Origin: Adineta vaga
Lineage: Eukaryota; Animalia; Rotifera
Direction: 5' to 3'
NCBI GenBank assembly: GCA_021613535.1
Contig: CP075493.1
Location: 14,322,001-14,386,000, forward strand
Length of the DNA: 64,000 bases
The position numbers and the translations under genes are program-made. Below are positions 1 through 12,841 of this stretch, in pieces. The first letter of the stretch is position 1, and every line of letters begins with the position of its first letter. Below the pieces are notes generated by a model that saw only the letters and a list, made by a program, of their open reading frames with translations, did no database searches and was not told where the DNA came from.

Positions 1-299
1 TAAAACTTTCAATAAAACTACTCTTCTATCAATAGATCACGTAATAATAGACCGATGACCATACGAGAAAAAATCAAAGCAACTTTTACAATTCTGATAG
101 ATTTACTTCTCAACGGATGTCAAACTCGTGTGAAAAGAAAAGAGAATGATTTCAATGGTGTGTTGTGAAAAAGAGTTTTTTTTTATTTTTTTATTTACCT
201 AGGTAAATAGAAACAAAGGAAGTAACGCGCACGATTCTGAAAGGTAGAGTAATATAAAAACAGTATATTTTCTTTAATTTGATTCATTTTACTCTTGAC

Positions 300-3104
300 A
301 TGGCACATGCAACATCGATAACTTTAACAAACGTTAATGAAATAATATCAAATAAGAATAATACAACATCATTGACACAATCTCGTGTCATTGAAAATTT
401 TATTATTATTTGGTTAGATGCAGATATTAATGAATTTGATGAAGATACAAAAGATTCCATCACGAATCTTCGGCAGTTAGTTAACTCAATCAAAATATTT
501 CAAGATGTGGATCAATGTGTGGACTTTTTGACTGATATCACAAATGAAAAAGTATTTATGATTGTTTCAAATAAATTTGCTGAACAAATTGTGTCTCTAA
601 TCGAAAATATTGTTCAATTACATTCCATCTATATTATTTGTAATCAATCAATAGAGCATCAATCATGGTTAGATAATTATCAAAATGTAAAAGGAATATA
701 CAATAAAATCGAATCGATTTGTGATGCATTGAGAAGAAATATTCGTCAATATGACATGAATCTATCGTCAATTAATATTATTCCGACAAGTTCTCTTACG
801 AATTTTGATGAACTTGATCAATCATTTATGTATTCACAAATTCTTAAAGAAATCATTGTTGAGATTAATTATGATGAAACAGCTTTGAAAGAATTCGTTG
901 AATTTTGTTCTATTCAATATGCTGATAATAAAATTCAATTAAATAAAATACGTGATTTCGAACAATCATATAAAGATCATTCACCAATTTGGTGGTACAC
1001 AAAAGAACCGTTTCTTTATTCTGTACTAAACAAAGCATTGAGAACACAAGAAATTGATGTTATCATTAAGATGGGATTTTTCATTCAAGATCTTCATCAA
1101 CAAATTGAACAGCTATACATAGAAGAACACCATACTTCCAAGATAATTATTTATCGAGGTCAGGCAATATCCAGTGATGAGTTTGAAAAGATTAAGAATA
1201 ATAAAGGTGGTCTTCTTTCATTTAATCATTTTTTATCCACAAGTATTGATGAAACTGTTTCATATGCTTTTGCAGCAAGTGTTGAGGAAAATCCGGAATT
1301 AATTGGAATTCTATTTCAAGTTGAAATTAATCCATTGATTTCTACAGTACCATTTGCTTCATTAGACAAAATTAGTTATTATGATGACATCGAAAGAGAA
1401 ATTCTTTTTTCAATGCATACTGTTTTTCGTATAGGTGAAATGAAAAAAATGAAAGATCGCTTGTGGAAAGTCAATCTGATATTGACCAGTGATAATGATC
1501 AGCAATTAAAAGAATTAACGGACTGTATAAGAAAGGAACATCAAAACAAGAACCAATGGCATCGTATGGCTGGATTGATGATGACAATGGGCAACTTCAG
1601 TAAAGCTTTAGAAATATTCGATTTAATAGGCGACCAACATTGCAAAGCAAATAGTAAAGAAAATATTGTCATAAACCCAGCTATCTATCATGATACGGCT
1701 GTAGCATACAGAGGAATAGGAGATTATCCAAATGCTTTACTATATTTTCAAATGACGCTGGAAATTCAACAGAAAATACTCCCATATAATCATCAAGAGT
1801 TTGTTACTACGTACAATAATCTTGGTTCAATAAATGAGGTTATGGGGAACTATTCGCTAGCACTCTCATATTATCAAAAGGCACTTGAAATACAAAGAAA
1901 ATGTGTCTCGTCAAATGATCTATCACTTGCTATTACTTACAATAATATTGCAGCACTATACAATTCTACCGGAGATTATCCGAGCGCACTCTCATACTAT
2001 AGGAAAACACTCAAAATTGAACAACAATCTCTTCCATCTAATCATCCAAGTTTAGCTGCTACTTATGAAGAAATTGGTTCACTCTATGGTTTTATGGGAG
2101 ACTATACTACAGCATTGTCGCATCATAAAAAAGCACTTGAAATTCAGCATAAAACTTTACCACCTGATCATCCAAATTTAGCCATTACATACAAGAATAT
2201 CGGGGAAGGTTATCGTATGTCAGGGGATGCTTCAGAAGCACTTTCATATTATGAGAAAGCATTTGAAATTGACCTGAAATCTCTTCCAGAACATCATCCA
2301 TCAAAAGCGAATACTTTCAGTTGCATTGCTGCGGTGCATCATGTATTAGGAAATCATGCGATCGCATTGTCTCATTTAAAAAAAGCACTGGAAATTAGAG
2401 AACATTCTTTTTCCTCCGATCATCCAACTATCGCTAGAACATATACTGAGATTGGTGCATTATATGAATCGATGGAAGATTATTCAACTGCACTTGTATA
2501 TTATAAGAAAGCACTCAAAATTGAAGAGAAATCTTTGCCATCGAATCATCCAAGTTTGGCATATAACTTTAATAGAATTGGTTCAATATATGATTCAATG
2601 AAAAATTATCCATCTGCACTTACCTTTTATCAAAAAGCACTTGATATTCAACAGAAATCCCTTCCACCTTACCATGCTGATCTATCAAATACTTATAACA
2701 ATATAGCTCTTGTATATCAATCGACAGGCGAGTATTCAACGGCACTGTCATACTATCAGAAGACACTTGAGATGAAAGAAACATCGCATCCATACAATCA
2801 ATCATTGATTGGTACTGCCTACAATAATATAGGTGAAATCTATCGTTATAAAGAAGATTATATGACAGCATTATCATATTACGAGAAAACTCTTTCAATT
2901 TGGCAGAAGTTTCTCCCTTCTAATCATACATCATTAGCCATTTTGAATGGTAATATGGCGATGGCATGCAAGGGCCTCTGTCGATACGAACAAGCTATTA
3001 AACACGCTGAACAAGCTGTAGATATTGCTAGCTGTAGTTTTGGTTTACACCATTCGAGAACAATAGCTTATCAAAAACTTCTAGGTGATCTTCAACAAAA
3101 CTAA
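300..3104 (+). CDS. ART-TPR protein: N-terminal alpha/beta domain, R-S-E class (Arg-specific type) ADP-ribosyltransferase domain, about 11 TPR repeats of 42 aa
   Basis: Intronless ORF; first in-frame ATG at 300. ART motifs IYRGQ, FLSTS and E-R-E (DIEREILF). Repeats of the HPxLAxxYNNIGxxY...ALSYYQKAL type. Confidence 0.88.
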   Translation: MAHATSITLTNVNEIISNKNNTTSLTQSRVIENFIIIWLDADINEFDEDTKDSITNLRQLVNSIKIFQDVDQCVDFLTDITNEKVFMIVSNKFAEQIVSLIENIVQLHSIYIICNQSIEHQSWLDNYQNVKGIYNKIESICDALRRNIRQYDMNLSSINIIPTSSLTNFDELDQSFMYSQILKEIIVEINYDETALKEFVEFCSIQYADNKIQLNKIRDFEQSYKDHSPIWWYTKEPFLYSVLNKALRTQEIDVIIKMGFFIQDLHQQIEQLYIEEHHTSKIIIYRGQAISSDEFEKIKNNKGGLLSFNHFLSTSIDETVSYAFAASVEENPELIGILFQVEINPLISTVPFASLDKISYYDDIEREILFSMHTVFRIGEMKKMKDRLWKVNLILTSDNDQQLKELTDCIRKEHQNKNQWHRMAGLMMTMGNFSKALEIFDLIGDQHCKANSKENIVINPAIYHDTAVAYRGIGDYPNALLYFQMTLEIQQKILPYNHQEFVTTYNNLGSINEVMGNYSLALSYYQKALEIQRKCVSSNDLSLAITYNNIAALYNSTGDYPSALSYYRKTLKIEQQSLPSNHPSLAATYEEIGSLYGFMGDYTTALSHHKKALEIQHKTLPPDHPNLAITYKNIGEGYRMSGDASEALSYYEKAFEIDLKSLPEHHPSKANTFSCIAAVHHVLGNHAIALSHLKKALEIREHSFSSDHPTIARTYTEIGALYESMEDYSTALVYYKKALKIEEKSLPSNHPSLAYNFNRIGSIYDSMKNYPSALTFYQKALDIQQKSLPPYHADLSNTYNNIALVYQSTGEYSTALSYYQKTLEMKETSHPYNQSLIGTAYNNIGEIYRYKEDYMTALSYYEKTLSIWQKFLPSNHTSLAILNGNMAMACKGLCRYEQAIKHAEQAVDIASCSFGLHHSRTIAYQKLLGDLQQN

Positions 3105-3940
3105 AGACTGAACACTCTTTTCTTGGCGTAACGTCGATGTTTACATTTTATTCCAGAATGAAAATAAAAAAGCTCGAGTAAAGACTATGATTTACAATGA
3201 GTAAGTAGGGTGAAAGTAAGCGAGCGTGTTGAATGCAGAGTCTGTTCATACCCTCAACTAGAAATTATCCTTTTTTCTTTTTTTCTTTCTTTTAATTGAA
3301 GGCCATGTACTAAAGATCAACAAATAGAATGAAATTTTATTATTTCATCTTCATCGATATCTGAATTTTAAGATCATCTTCCGATTCCATCGTTGAGAAC
3401 TCTGACGATCAAATCACATGCGATATACCGTCTGATCCATCATCATGTTCTGTCTTAACTTTTTTTCTTGAAACGAAGGTTTTAGATTGAAATCTGTTTC
3501 TAACGATATTTAATTTTAGGCACGCTAGTTAAGGACCAGGATCTGATTAGAATATTCTGTTTTAAATGATGCATGCTATACTGTAAACATTGTGATGTTT
3601 TTACGAAACAAGTTTGAAATCAATGGTGGATAACAGTTTTTAATGATTATTCGATTTCTTCATGATTTGAATAATCTTAGAACTGATATTTCAAATTGTT
3701 TACAGAAGCATTTTGTTGCGATTTCGTTCCATTAGATGAATTAGATACCGACATATTAGTCTGCTCCGTCTTATTACGTATTTACAGTTTGATTTTTGTA
3801 ATAGATGTAACCACATGAAAGGTAATAAATGTTTTCTGACGGACGTTTCTATAGCTTGACTTTTATCAATCAGATATAATATATACAGAAAGTAACATTT
3901 ATTAAAAACTGAGAAATCTTCACTAAATTAGAGTGGTAGT

Positions 3941-4774
3941 TTATGTCGAATTTTGAGTATTGGGAATAAATTCTATTTTTTTATCTGTTACTGTTAATAT
4001 GTACACAATTCGATCTCCTTTTTCCATATCCAGTTGAAAAGTATTGTACTGATCCTTTGATTGTGATTGAAATTGTTTTATACGCTGTAATTCTTTATCC
4101 GTATAAAGTAGATTTTTAGAAATACCATACTGTATAAATGTATGTTTATTTGGATTTTTATTGCGTTCATCATCGTCTAATTTCCATTTCATCTTCGATT
4201 GAATCTGTCTTAATACGGGAAGATATTGGAGATCATCACTAGCATGTCCATCAGGATTCGGTTGTATATTAGTATAGAACTCTGGCACTAGACGTGTTAT
4301 AAATGGTGTTACTGTGCTTAACCAAACTAACACTTTCATTGACTTCTTCTCTTGATATTCTTGAACTCTCGAAATAAAATAACCATGAAGAAAATGATGT
4401 ATACCATGTTCCTTCCATTGATGATCTGTACATCCTAGTACAGCATGTACTATTGGTTGGCCATTGCTAATCGATAGACCAAAATCAAAATCAATCATCA
4501 TATATCCGATATAACGATCTTTTATTCGTGCTAAATAAATATGTGTTGATTCTTGAATAGAATTCATTGTTCGATCTGTTGGATTCAGATAACTTTGAGC
4601 TGTGATATCATACAGATTCTTCAGTATATATGGCGATTTTAATAATTCTTCTCTGGTTTTTGTTTCGATATGACATGATGTTGGATACTTGATTTGAATG
4701 GAATTATGACTTTTTCTAAAGACAGAATGTGTTCGTAAGATCGAAGAAATGAATTGTCTTGTTACTGATAACAT
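3941..4774 (-). CDS. Putative GNAT-fold acyltransferase with a possible mitochondrial presequence
   Basis: 277-aa intronless ORF. HIYLARIKDRYIGYMMI beta-hairpin and LGCTDHQWKEHGIHHFL resemble GNAT motif A. N-terminus is rich in R/S/T with no acidic residue in the first ~35 aa. Confidence 0.5.
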   Translation of the reverse strand: MLSVTRQFISSILRTHSVFRKSHNSIQIKYPTSCHIETKTREELLKSPYILKNLYDITAQSYLNPTDRTMNSIQESTHIYLARIKDRYIGYMMIDFDFGLSISNGQPIVHAVLGCTDHQWKEHGIHHFLHGYFISRVQEYQEKKSMKVLVWLSTVTPFITRLVPEFYTNIQPNPDGHASDDLQYLPVLRQIQSKMKWKLDDDERNKNPNKHTFIQYGISKNLLYTDKELQRIKQFQSQSKDQYNTFQLDMEKGDRIVYILTVTDKKIEFIPNTQNST

Positions 4775-5749
4775 TGATTTCTTTTCTAAAATTGAAATAT
4801 TAATAATACTTTACCACTGCGAACACATTCTTTCAATATAATCACGCATATTTTTTGCAAACATGTATGTTATACTGATCCAGAAAAGAAAAACGAAATC
4901 AATACTAAAATAAGAGCAAAGTGTATAAAGAAGGACAGTTATATGAGAATAGACAGCTGCCTTTTTTCTTTTCATATTGAATGCATACTATATACTATAT
5001 AACCCACAAGGCCAACAATCGAAGATAGGATATCTATCAGTGACATGAAAAAAGAATATATAAAAAGAGGTGTTCTTTATGTTGTAGAGTTTGGTTAATC
5101 GACAGCTAACATCTGCAAGATCATCATACTCGAAAGATATAATATTTTTATGTATTCTAATACAAAATATCTGAATAACGAGAGTGTTGTTTAATTGTTT
5201 CTACGTTTGACACTCCTTCAAATATAGTGCGGAGTCGCATATGATAGTCTTTCGTTGTGAATAAAATATTCTTTCATGAGATCGGTGAATAACACATTTG
5301 GTTTTGTAAAAAGAGGTAACAACAAATATGATTATTTATTGATGACAATTATTTTTAAACAAAGTTGCATCAGTTTTAGAGTTTATAATAGCATACAAAG
5401 AAGTTTCATCTCGATCGAATGATTTGTATTCAAAGACAAATGCATATCTGAGAGTATCAAAACATGTATTTTGATTTTTAAGAAATAAATATTGCGAATT
5501 TTGAGAAAATATAGAGAAGACATCTTACAAAAGAATCAGTTTTTAGCTTTGGCTTAACAGTGAAATATTCTCGAAATAATACTTGATCACTTACGTTGCC
5601 ATATAGAATATAACGAGCTGAAACAATAACTTCACGATTTTTACTCTATTTTGAATCTTTGTCGTATAAAAATATTCATTCGGTTGCATAATAGAAATTT
5701 TTTTATACTATATCTTAGAATTACGGAATACATATATAAACAAAAATAG

Positions 5750-8152
5750 TCATAGATGATTTATTGTAAACAATTCTGTTAATCCATAATTTTCCAATAA
5801 AAACGGTTTTATGTCATTGATTTTTCGTGTAATATCTTTAGTTTTTTGTTTTTTATCATAATAATCATTTTCTTCATATAATTCCTTGGATATTATCAAA
5901 CTCTCATCAGCTAATTCATATTGAGATAGTTCAATATAAATATCGGCCAATTCTCGATATATTTTAGCCAAATCAGAATCGATACTAGCTATCAACACAG
6001 TAGAATTTATTGGTATTGCTCTATATTTTATTTGGCATTCAAGTTCTTTTTGTTTATAATGAAGAGCTAAAGTATAATTTTGTTTTTGTTCAGCATACAT
6101 TTTAGATATTTTACCATAATATTCTGCGCATGAACTAAAGTTTGATTCGTCTTGTTGCAAATAGATTTGTATTACTTTTTCATAGTTCATTGTTGCTTCT
6201 GTGACAAGACCGATTGCATTCTGAAGTTCAGCTAAATTATGAATGCAATTCAACAGATCTGAATGATTTGCTGGAAGATAATTTAATAATTCTTTCAATT
6301 GTTGCTCTTGGTGTGTAATACAATTGAGTAAGATTTCTTTTCGTTGGGTTTCATCATCGGTAATTGTAGCTCTTTTTTGAGAAAGCAAGATCATTATATC
6401 GTAAAGTTCTATTCGCTTATGCTTATCTTCAGTCATCAGTAGGGATAACATACAGGTCGTAATTCCAAGATCATAATAATTATTTGCAAGGATATTGTCT
6501 TTTACATATATTTCATAAACAAAACCCAAATCGGAACAAATACGACCAATGTCAACAGCACAGATTAGTTCTTTGTCGTTGATAAACGATTGATAAATAG
6601 TCAAGGCTTCTTTCAACTTATCCAATGTGATCTCTACATATTCAGGATAATGTTTGATATGAAACTGTTGATAGATTCGAGCAATCATAAAGCATTTAAT
6701 TGCATTCAACCATATCGTTTCCGAGGAAAATAATTCTTGTAATTCTACAAAAAGACTATTTATATCTTCTAAACTCACTCTATATAAATTATTTATTATT
6801 TCATTGATGCAATTTTTTAATGTTGCTCTTGATGTTATTCCAATAACATCGTACTTCTGTTTTAAAGATGATTCATCTTCTAATTTGAGTTTTACGACGT
6901 ATAGATTTGTATCCTCATTGTGGGAACATTCAATAACTTTGAAACGTGCTCCAATCATAAATAAAACTTCATTTTCATTAGGAAAATAAGATACACTTGC
7001 AATGTGACCAAATGGATGAGTTGTAAAACAACAATCAAGTTCAATTTCAAATAAGATACTTTGCAATTCATCATTCCGTGGAGATGATGATTCAATGAGA
7101 AACGTTGCAAGAGTACGATCTAAAGTTGTTGAAAAGAAACTAGTAGTAATAAAATCGGCATCTTCTGTAAGCGTAGAAACTTCATGTGATGAAATAATCT
7201 GTCCACGATAAACTTTTACCATACCAACGTCTGAATAACTAGTTTGAAAATTTTCATGTTCATTCTCTAATTGTATATACATGTCTTTGATAAAGAAACC
7301 AAATAAAAAGATAACTTCGATGTTTTGCTGACGAAGTGCTCTGTTAAGAAGATGAAAGAAAAACGTATCACGAGTATACCAATGAATGGCTGTATTAGAT
7401 GTGTAAGTTCGTTCAAATTCATCTAATATTTTCAATTCCGACTCTCGATCTTGATAGTAATGTCGTAATGTTGTAAGAAACGTTTGAAGACAATTATCAG
7501 GATACGTCAAATGACAGAGCATAGAAATCACATAGTTCCACCATGAAAATGTGAACATATTTGTGGAATAATTATCTCTTCCAGCTTCGCTAAAAATACC
7601 ATCTTTCGCTTGCTGTAAATATTGTTCGACGTCATATTTGAGATCTTTTAATAGCATTTGTAAATCAGTATAGATATTTCTAGTCTATATATAGGAAACA
7701 TGAAACAAACATGATTTTTCAATACTGTCTGGTAATGATCAATTTACTTTGCTATATTCTTGTGGACACTGTTGATGTTCGTGTTCTTCTTGACAGTAAA
7801 TATAGATTGTTCGTATATGTTTTAGAATGTGAATTTGAGGAATGATAATTTGATCAGAACAATTAGAACAAATTAGGAATGTTGTTGTATCGTTTGTTTG
7901 TTCAATAAATTGTACAGTTTCTTCTATATTATTAATGAATTTCGTATAATTAACAATTTTGCGAAACTCTTCCAATAAGAATAGAACCGTATGTTGTGAA
8001 GTATTATTCAAATTTGTGTTGAGAAATATCAGTTGGTGTGATTCAATATTATTATGCTCACGATCAAAGAAGTAACGACGACGTTCATCTGTGGTATTTC
8101 TGATTGTGTTTAAATCTTGCGAGAACGTAGCTGATATGACTGGACAACACAT
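5750..8152 (-). CDS. Divergent ART-TPR protein, two exons (8152-7748, 7684-5750)
   Basis: A 63-bp GT-AG intron at 7685-7747 joins ORFs 7739..8152 and 5750..7657 in frame (EYSK|TRNIYTDLQML). ART motifs VYRGQ, FFSTT and PNENEVLF; degenerate C-terminal TPRs. Confidence 0.85.
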
Positions 8153-8752
8153 TTTCGAATGAATTGATGATAACTTACTGGACCATTAGTTATATTTGAA
8201 TCGTGTGAGAATAACTAGAGTTATTCGGACAGTTAATTTAATTTCAACACAACTCTGTGATTTATAGAAATATTCGATTCTTTATTGTGTGTAAATCATA
8301 ACACGCACAATATGTGCAAAGAAATTTGATACCACCATGATAAGGAAAAGAAAAAGAAAAACAGCGGCAATCTTGAGTAACGTCGCTGTGAAATTAACAT
8401 GGCGTAGAATGAAGTGCTACGATTGAAACAATCGATTTACAATTGTAAAACCAACTCGAAATAAGTATGATATTACCAATGACACATTCCCTTTCTTTAT
8501 ATAGCACATGATCTAATTGAATATTATAGTAACGAGTCACTTCCTGTGTATAGTTTCTTTAGAATAAAGAAAACGACAAACGCATAGTGTGCGTTATTTT
8601 TTATATTTGTTTTTCTTCGTTCTCCTCGCTTGCAGAGCATAGTGTAATAAAAGAAACTTGTGATGCATATTTGTCAATAGAAAAAAAGAAAAACGGTGAC
8701 TAAATAAAAATTTCGTAACTAAAGAACAAGTTACAAACAGACAAATGATAAT

Positions 8753-10576
8753 ATGGGAAAAATACTGAATATAACGAAGTTAAGAAAAATTTTCTTATCA
8801 AACGTATACGACTTTCAAATCGCGTCCATGTCTCAGTCAAGTAACATTATAACAATTCTACAACCAATGAAATTGGAATTGCTACCCGTTGAATTACTAT
8901 TGTGTTTATTCGACTATTTTTCTACAAATGATCTTTTGAAACAATTCTATCATCTCAATTTTCACTTTGATTCGCTCCTACTGAATTACGTTCGATCTCA
9001 TGGCTTCAACTTTCGATCAATATCCAAAATTGACTTTGACACCATCTGTCTTAAATATCTTCCAAACATGGCTAATCAAATAGCTTCTCTTGGTCTGTCA
9101 GACTGTGAGAATACTCCTGGACAAACGAATCAATTCTTTAAATATGGTTTCACTCTCTCCGAATTTACTCATCTAAAATCGCTTTCACTCTATGGTATTT
9201 CTTCTGAACAAACAATAGATCGAATCTTATCAGAATTGTCTCGACTAGATCATTTGACATATCTAATATTCAAACAATGTTCATTTGCAATGAGAGATTC
9301 GCGAACAAGAATCAATGCAATTTGGAGCCTTGTCAAATTGAGACATTGTTGTCTTGAAAATTCTGCCGGTTATTTTCTTTCGCCAACGGTGACTTCATCC
9401 AGTATTCGCTCATTTTCTTCGTGTATGGTTCCAGTCAGCGATAATGATTTCACTGGATTATTGGCACACACACCGAATCTTCGACATTTCTCAATTGATT
9501 TCTCGTTTCTTTGGACTTTTTCCTTCGTCTTTCCATCTAATATGCTCATCAAAACATTGGAGGTATCCTTGGCTAACGTAAATACTACTTTACTCATGCC
9601 TTTTTTGCAGCAACTACATAATTTACGTCGGTTAAAGCTTAGAATGCAATATTGTTTCATATATGGAGAACAATGGGAACAAATTATTAAAACTCATCTT
9701 CCAAATCTCTTGCTGTTTCAATTTCGAATGAAATCTGCATTTGAAAAAGAAAACAATCGCGAAGAACGTATCGATGAGATTCTTGACACATTTCGAAGTC
9801 CATTTTGGCTTAAAGAACATCGATGGTATGTCCGTTGTGATTGGAGTCCTGATTATGGCAAGATGTATCTATATACTGTACCGTATGCATTTCAAAATTT
9901 CACCTTCGAGTTTTCCGTCATTTCTAAATCTACATATCCACGCAAGAATAATCGACGATTATATGACTTAGTACGTACGCTTACCTACAAGCCTCAACTA
10001 TCAAAATGGTCCATTCGATCTCAGATACAGTTTTTCAATATTCACACTCTATCCGTTGAATTCCCAATCAGTGACTTTTTTTATTCGATGGTACCAAATC
10101 TTTGTCAATTGATGTCACTTGATGTTTGGTCGAATGATCGGAGTACAAATTCGAATATGCAATTACAAGTCTTACTTGATAGGTCACCAAATTTACTTTC
10201 GTTACGCTATCGTATATGGCCATCATCTGATTCCACACAAATGCCACCGTATGAAAATCGAAGTACCTCTGTTCGTTACTTAGATTTGAGATATATGAAT
10301 CGATGCTATGATAATGAACAATGCATAGCTTTGGGTCATTCACCACTCGGTAGACAATGTGAAATACTTTCTCTTTCTGTAAAAAACGAGAATTGTATAT
10401 TTGATCTGGCAAATACAATGGATTATTTGCGAACTTTGAATATCGCCCATAACTCGTATACCCAACGTATATGGTCATCGACAAAAGATGAACTTATCAA
10501 AGAAGTCTCTCAGAATAAAACATCAAGAGTCCTTCTTCATTCACTAAACTATCTTCAGGATGCGACTGAAGATTAG
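8753..10576 (+). CDS. F-box / leucine-rich-repeat-like protein (start codon uncertain)
   Basis: MKLELLPVELLLCLFDYFSTNDLLKQFYHLN is F-box-like, followed by LxxLxL repeats (HLKSLSL, NLRHFSI, NLRRLKL). Confidence 0.75.
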   Translation: MGKILNITKLRKIFLSNVYDFQIASMSQSSNIITILQPMKLELLPVELLLCLFDYFSTNDLLKQFYHLNFHFDSLLLNYVRSHGFNFRSISKIDFDTICLKYLPNMANQIASLGLSDCENTPGQTNQFFKYGFTLSEFTHLKSLSLYGISSEQTIDRILSELSRLDHLTYLIFKQCSFAMRDSRTRINAIWSLVKLRHCCLENSAGYFLSPTVTSSSIRSFSSCMVPVSDNDFTGLLAHTPNLRHFSIDFSFLWTFSFVFPSNMLIKTLEVSLANVNTTLLMPFLQQLHNLRRLKLRMQYCFIYGEQWEQIIKTHLPNLLLFQFRMKSAFEKENNREERIDEILDTFRSPFWLKEHRWYVRCDWSPDYGKMYLYTVPYAFQNFTFEFSVISKSTYPRKNNRRLYDLVRTLTYKPQLSKWSIRSQIQFFNIHTLSVEFPISDFFYSMVPNLCQLMSLDVWSNDRSTNSNMQLQVLLDRSPNLLSLRYRIWPSSDSTQMPPYENRSTSVRYLDLRYMNRCYDNEQCIALGHSPLGRQCEILSLSVKNENCIFDLANTMDYLRTLNIAHNSYTQRIWSSTKDELIKEVSQNKTSRVLLHSLNYLQDATED

Positions 10577-10689
10577 GTGCAAATATTACTCACATTATTC
10601 TGTAAAATAAAATATTTAAAAAAGTAGCTTTTATTTGATAATAAATTAGAAGATACGTTTTATACAAGATGCATTTTGTTAAGCCGATT

Positions 10690-11250
10690 GGAATGAACAA
10701 TTATCAATGATTATGATCGATTGAGAAAGGAGATAATCGAATAAAAAATGACTGAGTTAACTGAAGAGATCAAAGAAATGCAACAAATGATAGAATTTAA
10801 TGAAATTGATTTGAAAATAAAACTAGATGAAATGAATGAAAAACTGAATAATCCATTTGGATTCAAGAAACTCGTCAGTCATTTATAAATCAACTTTTAA
10901 TTATTTCAGGAAAAAGGGTAATTTGGAATTTGTATATAACAACATTTAGTTGTCTATTGAAAGTTCGTTTAAAATTCGAACTGATTGAATATCAAGTCCA
11001 AATAGATCAATTATCGTGTCCAATAGATGTGACAGTTGATCGACGAAACAAACGAGTGATGTGATGGTCATTTGATCAAAAGCGAGAAGCAATATTAGTT
11101 GCAGGTGGAAATGAAAAAGGAAATGATTTCGATCAACTTAACTTTCATCTTTGTTAATAAAGATCAATCTCTTTATATATTAGATTATTTGAATCATCGT
11201 GTAATGAAATGAAGAAAAGATGTGTTTAAAGGAATCGTTGTATATTGGAA
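10690..11250 (+). pseudogene. Decayed coiled-coil + NHL-repeat (TRIM/NHL-like) gene
   Basis: Fragments translate to EFNEIDL, CPIDVTVDRRNKRVM*WS, VAGGNEKGNDFDQLN and FVNKDQSLYILDYLNHRVMK*RKD, with stops and frameshifts. Boundaries approximate. Confidence 0.7.
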
Positions 11251-11680
11251 TAAACATCGTTAAAAACAAAGATTTGTTAATATCAGTTCAGTGATCATTC
11301 AAAAAATTGAGTTTATTTTCTAAAAAGAAAAGTTGACATTGTGTAGTTTTCAGAAAACTATATGCTCGATGGTATATCCTCTCTCTCTCTCACTCTCATC
11401 CCACACCAGCATATCGAACTGTCGAAATGAATGAATATATTGCCACAGTGGGAGAAACTTGTTGCTTTAAAGTATATTGTTGTCATCGTCCTTCTATCTT
11501 TTCAGCTTTTTGTTCTTCAAAGAAAAACAAAAAAAAAGATATACGGATAACAGTTTTTTTACACAATGACATATGCTCACACACTCCAACTTGCATATAA
11601 AAGCGAAGTTTGTCGCCCTAGTGTGATAAACACAGGTAAAAGACATTTATATTTTCTGACAGTAATATTCTACTGCATTG

Positions 11681-12841
11681 ATGACAAGCAGCAGTTCTTT
11701 TGAACAGCGTTCATGCTGCGTTTGTCTTGCCGAATCAAGATCATCAATAAAAGACATCCGAGGAACAAACATCTGTGGCGGATGTGCAAAGCGTTTTTGT
11801 AACGGACATTACAAGAATCATCGAGCTGACATTGACAAACAGTTTCAGCACTTAGGTGAAGAACATGATCTACTCGCCGAGCAATTGAACCATATCACGT
11901 CCATCGATCCTATGACACTACCTTTAATGGAAGAAATCAATCGATGGGAAGTGGAAACCATCGATCAAGTACGACTAGCTGCCACATCTGCACGTCAGAA
12001 TATTGTTAAATTATTGCAACAAGATAACGATGTGATTAAAAATCAATTCAAAACTTTCACCAATGAGCTCAAAGAAAAAGAATCGAAATCGGAGTATGAT
12101 GAAATAGATATCGAAGAAATAAAAGCGAAACTCAGCGAATTAAAACAACAAATAGGAAATTTATCCGATGAAACGATTAAAATCGAATACCAGAAAATAG
12201 AGTGGGATACATTGATTTTGACTTATAAAATCATCAATTGTCCAACATTAGATAAGCCATTAATGCAATCACAACTCCATCAAGATGATACAAAGCAATA
12301 TTTTTCAGATACAACGCTCTTAACATCTGAACAGGAAATGATTTTGAATGAATTTTATGGAACACCGAATCAACAATGGAAACTATTGTACAAAGCAACA
12401 AGAGATGGATTTAAACCGAAAGATTTTCATCGTTGTTGTGATAAACGAGGGCCAACGATGACCATATATCGAGACGATACATCTCGCTATTTATTTGGAG
12501 GTTTCACAAGCATTAGTTGGACTAGTCCGTATTTACTTGATGCCGCACCTCGAGATTCGTCTGCATTTTTGTTTACTTTAAAAAATCCACATTCTTTAGC
12601 TCCAACTAAATTTCCTCTACGTAATTCTAGACTGGCAGGTGTGTTTCATCACAAAGACTATGGCCCGTCTTTCGGTTTTGCAGATGACTTTTCCGACATA
12701 TACTATACTCAAACGGAACAATGTTATGTTTATTTTCCAAGATCCTACGTAGACATAACACAGTCCAACTACACATATAAAATGTTCACTGGAACTAATC
12801 GTTTTAGTCTGTCCGATATTGAAGTATTTACATTACTATGA
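11681..12841 (+). CDS. Zn-finger (B-box-like) + coiled-coil + TLDc domain protein
   Basis: CxxC...CGGCAKRFCNGHYKNH, then heptad region, then TLDc motifs WKLLYKATRDGF...FHRCCD..GPT, FGGFTSISW, AFLFTL, YGPSFG and DIEVF. Confidence 0.88.
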   Translation: MTSSSSFEQRSCCVCLAESRSSIKDIRGTNICGGCAKRFCNGHYKNHRADIDKQFQHLGEEHDLLAEQLNHITSIDPMTLPLMEEINRWEVETIDQVRLAATSARQNIVKLLQQDNDVIKNQFKTFTNELKEKESKSEYDEIDIEEIKAKLSELKQQIGNLSDETIKIEYQKIEWDTLILTYKIINCPTLDKPLMQSQLHQDDTKQYFSDTTLLTSEQEMILNEFYGTPNQQWKLLYKATRDGFKPKDFHRCCDKRGPTMTIYRDDTSRYLFGGFTSISWTSPYLLDAAPRDSSAFLFTLKNPHSLAPTKFPLRNSRLAGVFHHKDYGPSFGFADDFSDIYYTQTEQCYVYFPRSYVDITQSNYTYKMFTGTNRFSLSDIEVFTLL

